Shown here in pieces: positions 39,201-50,788 of a DNA stretch of 64,000 bases. A program made the position numbers and the translations under genes. The DNA lies in the NCBI RefSeq assembly GCF_000143415.4, contig NW_003314271.1, forward strand, positions 947,150 through 1,011,149. The letters are read 5' to 3'. The stretch's first letter is position 1. Each line of letters starts with the position of its first letter. This stretch comes from Selaginella moellendorffii. Its lineage: Eukaryota > Plantae > Lycopodiophyta. The notes under the pieces were generated by a model, which worked only from the letters and a program-made list of their open reading frames with translations, was not told where the DNA came from and did no database searches.

Positions 39201-42200
39201 AAATCCATGCAACCCACAATATGATCCTCTGTAACACCATCTCGTAAAGCAAGTCTATCACTGCTAAATCATCATCGAGTAAAGTAAGTGTTAGTAATCC
39301 TCGACGAAGTGTATAAGCAATCACTAGTTGCAAAGCAACTAATAATCATTTTTCAACTTGCCTTCACAAAACCCAAATACTAAACTCATACCATCGAGTC
39401 ATATATTTATCCAACTTGAACATAACACCCTAGGTACATGAATAAGCATGAATTAAATGACCACTCAAATCTAACTCAACCGCAATAAACTCATTAATGT
39501 GTATACCCAATACATTTGAGCATGCCTTGAAGAGGTTAATTATACATGATCACACTTAGTTGAAATTAAAGTGAAAATCATAAAATGCACTCATATTGGT
39601 ACACAACCTCCTAATGGACAAAGTTATAATGCAGGTATTAACACCTCAACCTCAAAAAACTAAATTGGACATCACTATCTTTAGCTAAAGCACAAGGCTA
39701 TCAAGACCAATTCAAGATTAGAGAGAACTCACTACTCTCATAAAGTCTAATGAAATGCAAAGTACAACTTGCCACCAAGTATAACATTACAAGAAAAAGG
39801 CACAAGGGTCATCTTTCTAGAAAAGTGCAATAGCCATTTTTCTACACCAACTCCAGACTTTATTCAACTTAATTGTTTTAGCCCTAAGAAGTCAACATTT
39901 CTTTCGGGCCGCATCATACAAACTACTTATTGAGGTTTAAGCTAACTAAAGTCAACTCCAACCCCTTCACTAGTTTGTACTAGCTTACGAAAACGGAATG
40001 GTTTTTGGATAAAGTGATTAATAGATTAGTTATTGAAAAAGTTTAAGAAAATTTGTGGAAAATTTCCCATTCTAGAGAAAGAATAACTCTCAGTCTAGGA
40101 ATACAAACTTTCAAAATTCAGCAAACTTCCTCCTACCTACAACTTTACAAAACTTCACCTCAACACTAATTCTCATGACCCAATAGTATGTTTAAGCATC
40201 GAACATCTTACTCATATTTCTAACATCCTATACCATTATCTGCAAAATGCAAATGAATACCTAAGACATGATCACGAAAACCACATTTTTGGATATCCAT
40301 ATTGTATTAATACTCTTCTTCAATCACCTTCAAGATCTAATGTGAAGCCAAAACACTAACAAGAAAAATGACATGGAAAATTAAGCTCCAAGAAAAATTC
40401 CTTATCACTCAAAACAATAATGCCACTTTCATTAGCACAAGTGCTAGTAATGTTAGTACCTCAACTTCACACCTTCTCCATCTAACAATTTATTCCAAAT
40501 GCTAACGAATAAACCAACAAGCTATAGCAAGTGAATGCTATAACCTTTTCTAACAGTTTATGGGCAAACTCTCAAGGAAGTAAGGTATCAACTCAAGCTT
40601 AGCATAATAGACCACCATCGAGAATCTAGTCAAAGCTACTTCAATGCTACTACTTGCAAATAAATTAACTTCATTATCAACCACTTTGTGGTTAATCATT
40701 GGTAACCAAACAACTTTGTAAACACATTACTCATTATCATATGGATATGATATAAATATTATAATGACTTGATCATTAATCAAGCAATACCATAAGCAAC
40801 ACCTATATCACTACTACAAAGGTTTATATGAGTATCAAATGCCAACTCGATTCGACAAAATGCAATATAAATGTCACACTCCACCAATAAGGATTTATAA
40901 TACCAAACACCACTAACTTTTGTTCACAACATAGTAAGGTTCCCCTGAAAAGAATTGAGCATTGCAATCTAAGTTTTCAATAACAAGCCTAAACAAAATG
41001 GTTTAGCACTTCATCGCTATCCATTCCACAACTCACCACTTGTAAGACCATAATTTCCAACATGCATCAAAATAGGGACTTTTGATTGCATGATGTAAGT
41101 ATGAACAATGAATTAACACTTTGTTGTAAATCATCTCTCCAAAAAGAGAAAATGATTTATGTGTTTGATCCTTCGTCCCTAATAACTCTTTTTTTGGACT
41201 CAATTTTGACCAAACCTCAAGCTTGCTTTATCCACTTATAATAATGCCTAGAAAGGATCCACTAATTCTATGCTAAACAGCTACAGACTAGCATATTCAC
41301 CACTCATAGCAAACCCAGGGGAGGTTTACTTTTACCTATAGTACATAGAATAATTTATGGTAACCACTAATAGGCTAACATTAATCTTGCCAACTCAAAG
41401 TGTAACCTTGAGTTGCTAATGTGCCTCATTCATGAGCCATAGCTCAAACTCATACAAACGGAACATTTTTAATCCATTTTATAAGCCAAAGCACAAGCTC
41501 ATATAATATGGTACAAAAAAGTAACCAAAATCCATACCCAAGGAAGGATTGCAAAGTCATAGTACCCAAACGTATACCCACTCAGATCATCATTTTCATC
41601 TCTGCATATGCAACAAGACCAATTGCCTAATCTCATTGGATAATGCTCACTAAGACTCATTCTCCGGTACCAAATATAGTATATGTGGTTTTCACCCTTT
41701 ATCTTATAGTGATTTACCATAGGATAACCATGAACTGCAATCTAAACCCTTCATATGCCATGTGTCACATGCCACATGTCCAATAGACAGCAGAGTGAAA
41801 CCCAAGTTTTAAAGCTTTGGGCCACTGAATGCAGGTATGGAGCCAAACTCTTAAGCTTGCAACCAAGGAACAAAAGAACTAAAGTATAGTGTGACTCCAA
41901 GCATTCAGCCCAAGGAGTGAAAGGACAGAAGCACGGAGCAACGTAAAAATAATCTTAAAGTATTCAACATCCCAATGCTAAGATTAGCACGCAAAATGGA
42001 GCTAAATGAAGTTTGGTGCTATTTCAGTATATTAGTGGCTTAATGCGAGGATATGGGTACTCCACCAACTAGTATGGTATGGAACTTGTATTTATACTCA
42101 ACCTAGACGCAAAATAATGATAGGCACACAAGCGGGAGCTAGAATATGCCTCAGGCTGGTCGGCCATATCTAACCCTTAGTATCAGGAGTTAGTCTCTGG

Positions 42201-42667
42201 AACTAACTCAAAACTTACTAAATATAAGCTCTATTTCGTTAAAGTGGGAATTGTCATTATCCCATTTGTAAAATAAGGTTTCCAAACCTTTATATAGTAT
42301 ATAAATATAACAAAATTCAACTGCATTGAGGCACATGCCATTTTATTTTAAACAAGGAAATGTCTACTCAATCACTTCTCCTCCCCCTGCCACTGCTTCA
42401 CCTCTCTCTTCTCCTTGTCATCGTCGTCCAATTTCTTTCCATCCTTTTAATATTGGCTCAGTTGCTCTGAGTCTAGGTGGAGCCCAAGTCCCCATTCAAT
42501 CTTTACTTTCCCCTTATTAATAAAACAACTTCGTAGACTTCCAATAACATGCTGTAACACTTCTAGTATAATGCAAATCCTCTTAAAGAATTGTCTTTTA
42601 ATATTAATACAATGGCATGGAACCCCATGCCATAATAAGTTACATTTTTAAATAAATACATGCCATC

Positions 42668-43552
42668 TCAGACTGTTATTTTTTGCCTCCAACGCCTATA
42701 CAATAATCTTGGAATTTCATCACTCTCCACACTATCAGGATTTAAACCCAATAGTAATGCCATCTCTTCTCTAATACGTCCACGCTCATGTTCAGTGGTC
42801 GAAGAACCCATCCGGTTAAGCAGATTATGGAGATGTGGATAGTCCTTGGCTAGACAATATACATGCCATAAATGATGACTGGTGTCTGTCCGATCAAATG
42901 GCTTCTGATATACCGTTCCATCTGCCATTTGTTTGATTTCTGCAGCCACCTCCTGGACTGGCCGGTTCTCTATCACCATCGCTCCAAGCCGTTTTGCAAG
43001 GTCCCCCAGAACATACGGTTTCTTCTCCCTAGTTTCCATACTGCAAGAGATGGGGTGCACTGCATATGTGTGCGTGTTCGCTGCAGTTTTAATCGCCGAG
43101 TCATCGATGATGAGGATTTCACTTGACCTAGCAGTCCGGTTCATCACTACAGCCTCTGGCTTGACGAAGATGGGCTTGCTACCCCTCACATGGACCATAG
43201 TCAAGCAATCCTCCTGCGTTAGGAGAAAGTCAAATGGTAATATTACTCGCGTCTGATCGTGCATCATCTGTAGCAACGTTAATGCATTGTGGCACATCAT
43301 GGATGTCCAAACTCCCAATTGCAAATTGAACCCGGCCCTCTGTTTTAAGTGTCGCATGGTCATTATTAGATCCCGCAGTTTCTCCCGTGTGATTAATGTG
43401 AATCTGTCTCTTTTGACCAACTTGCGACCGCAGGCTTTGGAGGGTGCAATGACATTCGAGGACGAGCCACGCTCATGGGAGAAAAGGACACCGTTCAGAT
43501 AAAAAATGATACAGTACCTTCGCCGTGACTCTGAAATGAAATGCGTCAGCAT
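42668..43552 (-). CDS. FCP1/NIF-type HAD phosphatase-like domain, probably the last exon of the cargo gene
   Basis: IIFYLNGVL (cf. LDLNGLL), GVWTS..HNA, FLLTQEDC..KPIFVKP and ILIIDDSAIK..N..AVHP follow the NIF motif order. The first catalytic Asp appears replaced by Tyr. Confidence 0.7.
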   Translation of the reverse strand: MLTHFISESRRRYCIIFYLNGVLFSHERGSSSNVIAPSKACGRKLVKRDRFTLITREKLRDLIMTMRHLKQRAGFNLQLGVWTSMMCHNALTLLQMMHDQTRVILPFDFLLTQEDCLTMVHVRGSKPIFVKPEAVVMNRTARSSEILIIDDSAIKTAANTHTYAVHPISCSMETREKKPYVLGDLAKRLGAMVIENRPVQEVAAEIKQMADGTVYQKPFDRTDTSHHLWHVYCLAKDYPHLHNLLNRMGSSTTEHERGRIREEMALLLGLNPDSVESDEIPRLLYRRWRQKITV

Positions 43553-45450
43553 AAAAAATGGTACAAGTCAATTTTACCATCTACAATATTAGCGAATGGT
43601 GCTCCCGATGGTCGTTGAGAGGGTTTTGGTCGAGGAAACGTGAAGGGCGGAAATACTCTCCTCTGCAATGTGGGGTCAATCGCATCCGATGGCATGTGGG
43701 CATATGCCATTTCAGCTGTAGACTCTGGTACAACTGGCTCAACAGTGGCATGGGGTGGTTCCGATGGCGTGTGATCACACGCCATTTCAGCTGGTGCCTC
43801 CGTTAGCAAAGTGGACATGATCGAACAGGCAGTAGGGGCGGTGTAGGGAGGTTCCAACGGCGCGTAGTCAGACGATTGGGCACACGTTGAGTCCGTTGGA
43901 AATGAGGATACGACCGGCTCGGCGGCTGGGGCGGCCTCATGCGGGTCCAATGGCGCCTGGTCACCGTCAGTTGGATACGTGGACAAGATTGACTCAGTGG
44001 TATGGGCAGCATCAAGTGGAGCGTGGTCAGCTTGCTTGGCGTTGATATGGATAGTAGCCTCCACCAGCTCTGATGACTCTTGCAGGCAAGTAGAGTCCAC
44101 TGGCGGATCCATATGCATGTCCAAATATCTCCTTTCGATTGAGATGGTATCCTCCCGTGCTACTAAAAACAAACTCATTAGCACATTGAATCGACTATAC
44201 TGTATTTACCATCAACTGCTATTGAGGAACTAGGACCGATATCACTTGGGCGCACTGCTGATTCTGAAGGATTGGACATACGTTTCGACCCTTGCTTGGC
44301 ACTATCCTTCCTCGACACTAAAGGCTAGAGTTTGTAAATTCAACTAAATAATCTCTACTTACCATTTGCTCTGCGACCTACATGGACAATGTTAGAAATG
44401 GTAAAAGGAATGGGTGTACTATTATTTACCTGATGGTTTGTCTTGTATGACCTTCCTCCGCTGCTCTTTGGCCACCTCAGGCTGGCCATCATCGTCATCA
44501 TCGTCGTCGTCGTTATTGTGATCGTCACCATTGTGAGGACCATCCAAGTCCTCTTCGTCCTCCTCTTCTTCGTCCTCCTCTTCTTTGTCCTCCTCTTCGT
44601 CCTTCTGCTCTTCCTGCTCATTATCTTTCTCTGACTCCTCATCCCCCTCCTGCATTTCTTCCATAGGCTGCTCAGGCTGGATGGCTTGTTCTTCCAGGAC
44701 CATCTTGGGAAAATCATCTGGCCGAGTCTCCATCTCAAAATACAAGACATCCATAGCCTGTTTTAGTGCGTGACCTAGGACCGTATCCTCACCCGACTGT
44801 CTTAACATGGTTTCTGCACGTTCTTGCACCCTTCGAAGACGACGAGATGAGAAAAACGTGGCCCTGACTTGAAAAGCATCCCTCATCCATTGTACCTCTC
44901 CATTGAGATTGGGGAAGGGGAGTCCGCCATAGGAATCTGAGTCAGAGGTGGTGACTGCTTGCTTTCACTCAGCCCTTGATCTGCAATGAATGGCATGAGC
45001 ACACACGCCATAACCGCGAGGCATTACCTATCATCTTTTCGTTGCCCTTCTTCCTTTTCGAATCAAACGCCTCTAATCTTGACAACTGTCTAACGTGCTT
45101 TCGCTTTTTATGACCACTGTCAGTTTGAGCTTGGCTGGTGCTTGCCTGTTTTGCCTTTGAAAAAGTGTCTCCTGCAAGGAATGGCATGAGACCACACGCC
45201 ATTGCAAATATAATTTGTACCTCCTTTTTTCCTATTGCTTGTCTGTTTGTCCTTCTTCGATGCGCCACCAGTGCGCTTTTCAGTCCTCGTGTCTGAATAT
45301 TCACAACGATCTATAATCAAAATGGCGTGAGGCCTCACGTGACCTTACCTTGTGCAGGTTGTGAGCTCGGCCCAACATGGGTATCTTCAACAGTAGCTGT
45401 TAACGCCGTTTCAGCATCTAGGGGTGGCCACGCTCCTGCATACAGAGCTT
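43546..45450 (-). pseudogene. Low-complexity exons of the cargo gene (basic, strongly acidic D/E, Pro/Ala/Thr-rich)
   Basis: ORFs 44422-44886 (acidic) and 43546-44184 (P/A/T-rich). GT-AG introns at 44981-45027, 45172-45220 and 45311-45348. Confidence 0.6.
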
Positions 45451-45468
45451 GTGAGATAACATTTAAAC

Positions 45469-48059
45469 TTAAAGTGTGTACTCACTAGGTTCGCAGAGAA
45501 GATACTGTTTTTCTTCGGCAACTGTAATTATATGCTCCATTGAAGTCACCTCTTCAATGGAGTTTGTCACCGCAACACACGGGACACCCTTGAGTAGTGC
45601 GGCTCGAAAGAATAGTCTGCCGCAGTTGTACTCGACAACGCATTTGCCCTTGGAGTCGGAAGCATGTGACCCACCCGCTATTGCGTTGAAGACCCAGCTG
45701 AGCATTTCCCATGTTGCACTTGGAGCTTTCTTTGGATTCGAAAGCTCCATAGCCGTCTTCAGTTCCTCAGGCACGGGTAAATTGACCTCCCTCAGATCAA
45801 TTCGATTGGCCTTGTCGAACGAAGCTGGGAAGTCACTCCAGTCCCACTCTGCTGCAGGACCAATAACAAGGGCGAGTGTGAAGATGCGGACATTCGTCGG
45901 TATCTTCTTCTTAGCCATTATCCCATGGATCTCCCGCATCTCCTTGCCTTTCAACCGAGCCTTCACCTCGTTCAAGGCCTTCTAGAACTTGTGATAGGAT
46001 TCGGAGTCGTAGATCATATAGTGGACTGAAGATTCCACCTCCGCAAGTCCCACCATTAAGTCAATGATGGAGCTGACTTCGTCTGCATGAGTGATCTCCT
46101 CGTTTGTGAAGTCCATCACACAAAAGATGTTCTTGACCTGCTCATCTCCACGGGAAACAATGCTCCTCCACCTTTGATCCTCATCCGAATTCAAGTATAC
46201 CCGGTAAGGTTCTCGATAGGCCTCTGCTGCGGGGTCGAGCTGTTTCTGAAGCCGGCGGTCGACATCTTAATGAAATTTGGATACTGATCCAACTTCTCAG
46301 CTTTACTTTTCGTGGCATCCCACAGCAGATTGATGAACTTGGGGGCCCCCTTCACGTACTCGTCGATGTCTTCATTTGACAAATCCAGCGCTTCCATCAT
46401 CTCTTGCGTGGTGTCGATGCTCACCCTCTCCACAGCCACTTGCTCAAAGATCCAATCCTTCAATAGCGCACGAGCTCTTAGAGTCGTGCACAAGTCCTCG
46501 TATGTCACAATATAGCCGGGAGTCATTTTGGTCTTGTTGAAGACTACCTCACCACGTAGAAGAGCATTAGCCACTGTCAGAAGGTCGTCGTCGTCTAGAG
46601 ACCGCGAGAAATGCAAGGCGTTGAGCTTCAAATCATTGGGCTTCCAGCCGTCCTCCACACCCATTGAGTTTGGCAACTCCCTGTCATGGTACCTCCTCAG
46701 CACATCTACCCATTTGTCAAAAACAACTTTTGTCGCGAGTAGAATGTTATGGATACTGAGTGTGTCATTGACCCCCAGTGTTTTCGAGAGAAGACTCAAG
46801 AATTCCTGCAATGGAAATGGCGTGAGGCCACATGCTATGCCACATGCAACGAGGCTTACCTGCCAGGCGCTAGTTGCTAGTGCACGTCCTTGTCCTGGTT
46901 TTTGTGGCTTCTTCAGTTGAACCCAGAGCTTCCGTGTTCGTGCCAATGTCTCGTGCAGACCCGATTTGTAGCACGTTTCTTGCTTGACATTCTGCGTGTG
47001 GGAGATGTATATGATAGATCGGAGGGGCGAGTTGCCTTTTATCAGGCGGACAACTCTTGTCTTGAAGACTTTCTTCACCTCCTCGCCCACCATAATATCC
47101 ACAACTATCTCTTGCATCGCCAAGCTAGAATGCTGCCCGGAGACGGCATAGAACCAGATGTTCTGATCGTCCAACACCTTCCTATTGATCAAGTCTGGAA
47201 ACCTCGTCTCGCCCTTCATTGTTCGGTAGTAGGGGATCACGTCTGCGATGTCGGGTGTTACTGGACTTGCCAGCATCTTCTGCTTCAGTTTCTCCACCCA
47301 CTCATCAGATACTAGCCTGTGGTTGTATTTGCTTTGGATGTCGATACGGCTCACGTCGATTGTATATACTTTGTTGGAATAGTAACAAGTACTATTATCT
47401 GCGACGATTTTTGCTGCCTCTTCTTGCTCTTTCTGCTCTTTGCGGCTCTTCTTTTTGGTGGGTGTAGTGTTTGAACCCGAGGCAATGGCATCACCGAGTA
47501 GCTTCTTTTTTGGAGCAGGAGAGTCGGACGTCGGCTTGAGCTTGACCACCCTTTTCTACTTCGGGGTAGTTTCCAGATCGACCCCCTTCCCCTTCGCTTC
47601 GCGAATTGGAGGCACTCTCAACGGCTCAATGTTGGAATATAGTTTTTGAACATCGCCATAGGTGAGGTCCGTGGATTCCATGTGATCTTCATAGACCCGC
47701 AGCGTCTTTGAAATTGTGGGCCTCCTAGACAACCTCTCCCTAGCTCCCTCTAAGAATTCCTCATAGCCGCTACCCCCCTCCGGGAAGCCGCTAGGATGTG
47801 CAAGGTGGATCTTGAAGGCGGACGCTGTCTCTACCACAAGTGCCAGTCTATATTCTTGCATGGAACTGCATGGAGTGTCTGTCACTTGGATGAGGATCCC
47901 CATGCATTCTTTTCTCCCACCATCTGTGTTGTACAGCCTCAGATCCTCGCCTTCCATCCCGAAAGTCCAACTGGTGAGCTCCTCCCCCTTCTCTGCATCC
48001 ACATTGACAGTGGCTGGAAGAAGAACGCAATTCCTCGCCTGTTCAGAAATGCACAACAA
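45469..48059 (-). pseudogene. Cargo gene core: ParB/Srx-like domain followed by a degenerate beta-class DNA-methyltransferase-like region
   Basis: Collinear ORFs 47556-48059, 46191-47549, 45982-46194 and 45469-45975 are joined by in-frame TAG stops (47556, 45982), one frameshift near 46265 and a 54-nt intron at 46806-46859. Domain calls are by motif pattern only. Confidence 0.6.
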
Positions 48060-49520
48060 TTAGAGCTGATAAATGAAAAGCTAGCAGCTGGAAATAACGT
48101 GAGGCCACACGCCATTCACCACTGCATCAGATGTCTTGAGGCTGCATCCTAAGATGGCGTGAGGCTACATGCCATCTGTAACCAGACTGCACTCGAGAGC
48201 CCAATCGGTGCATGCCAATGTTGCTACTGAATGGCATGTGGCCTCATGCCATTTTCTACTTGGCCTAAAAGACTTACCATTTGAAGCCGAATGGAGGCAT
48301 GACAACCGGACTCGTTGGCGAATGTGCACTGTGTGTGCAGCGGATCGTAGCAGCAAGGCTACTCTACCACTTACAGTTGGAGAGTGGCGCTGAAATCTCT
48401 CGGGACGCCAAGTGGGCTGCGTGTGGGTGGCGGAGTGGGCGGCGGAGTTGGCGGCGAAGTTACAAACTGGGTGTGTCTTGAAGTGGACGCCGATGCACAC
48501 GAGCGCAATGCGAGCGTGATGCGAGCGCAACTGTGATGCAAGCGCGAGTGGACGCCGATGCACACGAGAAACCTGTAGAGAAGTGGGAGCGCGAGTGGGA
48601 GCGCGATGCGAGCGCGAGTACGAAGCAAAATGCAAAACCTAACCTCACACGCGCGAAATGTCACGACGGTTGGTAATCCCGCCACGTCATCATTCCTCGG
48701 ACTTGGGCACCACCATTAATTTCTGGATCAGCGCGCGCATGCGTGAAATCCAAAAGAAATCCGCAACGTCATCATTCCTCGGACTGCATGCACGTGAAAT
48801 CCAAAAGAAAGATCATGATTGGGATATCATTTAATACCCTCACTATATTTATACCATGCATGATTGGATATTCCAAAGCATCTTGTATTTCCAAAAATGC
48901 TAGATGTTCAGCTAAATAAATTGTCAGAGGATTTGATGTGACGTTCAAGCGTGTGGGCTCATGCAATTTTGATCCCAAAAAATGCACCAAAAAATGCTCG
49001 GTGTCATCTGGCGTTATCTCTTGAATGGCGTGGGGCCGCATGCCATTTTCAGGAGCACATAGGAGTATATTCCTAGAATATTCTGACACGCGCGAGATTG
49101 TTTTGAGTTTCCTGGAGATCCAACCGTTAGATCGCAACTAGATTTTACAGAATGGTATACAATGTCCTTCTTGATGACCCTGCAAAGAAGCATCTCGATC
49201 GGACACCACATGAGACCACACGAGCCTTACAATATTTCAGGGGCATTTGCCATAGATCCGACCGTTATTTTGCTCCAAGATTCTACAGTTTGGTGTGCAT
49301 TGACCTTTCCATCGACACTGCAAAGGGACATCACAATCAGATGCGGGATCACAAGAAACCAACTTCACTAACTCTGGTTTCACCAAGATCTACGTAAGGA
49401 GTTATGAAATGAAAGGACCCTCTCTATTGAAATGTGTTTATGGTCCTAGGGGCATTGTGACATATCAAAGGATTTTGCATCAAGTTCTGTATTTGCATGT
49501 TTATCAAGCTACTGAATTGC

Positions 49521-49544
49521 TAAACCCTAAACCCTAACCCTAAA
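49521..49544 (+). repeat. Short interstitial telomere-like/telo-box array in the element's central non-coding region
   Basis: TAAACCCTAAACCCTAACCCTAAA. Confidence 0.8.
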
Positions 49545-50788
49545 CATGTGGCAAATGCTGCGTGAAGAAAGATGCCCTTTCTGGGCAAATGCTGTAAGAG
49601 GCAGATGCCGAGCAGATGTATCTCAGGACAAACGAAAGCTAGCTATAAACATGACGGGATGCAAATAGATTACTAGGCTGGTCCTGCGAAAATCAAAAAC
49701 CATAATTGAAAACATTGAAAATGCAAAAAGAAAGGTTTATAATATTTTTGAATTTTAAGCAACCAAAGGAATGTAAGTAGGGCATGTGTTTGTAAGTTTA
49801 AAAATGCCTCAACCACTTAAATTCCCAAGTAAATAAAGCTGTTTCTATTTTTGGTACAGGTAAACTTTATAGCGTGTGGGCTCATGCAATTTTGAACCCA
49901 AAAATGCACCAAAAAATGCTCGACTAGCATTATTCTTTGAATGGCGTGTGGCCTTATATTGCCATAAATGGACGTACACACACAGCATAATTATTCCTTT
50001 ACACGGCGAATAATCTTGGCGCGGATCGCTGACATGGCATGGCAAAGTTTGAATCACTGACATGGCACAGCTGGATCAAGGCAAGGACATGATGTGACAA
50101 AGTTCAACCTCCGACAGCAAAGTCTAGAAGCTACTCAGTTTGAAATTTGTCAGAGGAATCAAAAGATCTGGTTTGTCAGAGTATTTGATGTGACGTTCAA
50201 GCGTGTGTTATTTTTGAATTCTCGAACTCATTCCTAGGTCTATCATTTTTGTGCGCCATGTTCTTGGTTCCGCTGAGCGCAGTGAGCGCTGCTTGTGTAA
50301 GCGGCGTTGTGAGCTGTGGTTTATGCGTCTACAAATGGTTGCGGCATTGCGAGCGCCATTGCGAGCGGCAGTTTATGCGAGTGGCAGTTTGTGCGAGCGG
50401 CGCTACGAGCAGTTGCGGTGTTGCGAGCGGCACTGTCTTTGGTGTGGCTACCGCTTCCTCTTGATATTCGGCACTTGTGCTTCCTGGTATGTTCACCATG
50501 GAATGGTTTAGGACCACATTTAGAAATGGCATGAGGCCACATGCCATCTTGGGCCCTTGCAATTTCATGGCTAGCGTATTGTCATGTATGTTTTTACTTG
50601 CCTGCAGCTGTGTGTATATCAAGATGGCATGAGGCCTCATGCCAATTTTGTGAATGCGAAATTTCACGTAGGTGTCAATAGCATGTTTGAATAATGGCAT
50701 GTGGCCTCATGTTATTTGGTATATTATGATTTAGGCCATTCTCCAATCATTTTTTGTATGGTCTTAACTTCTTTTCTGCACTTTCAGA

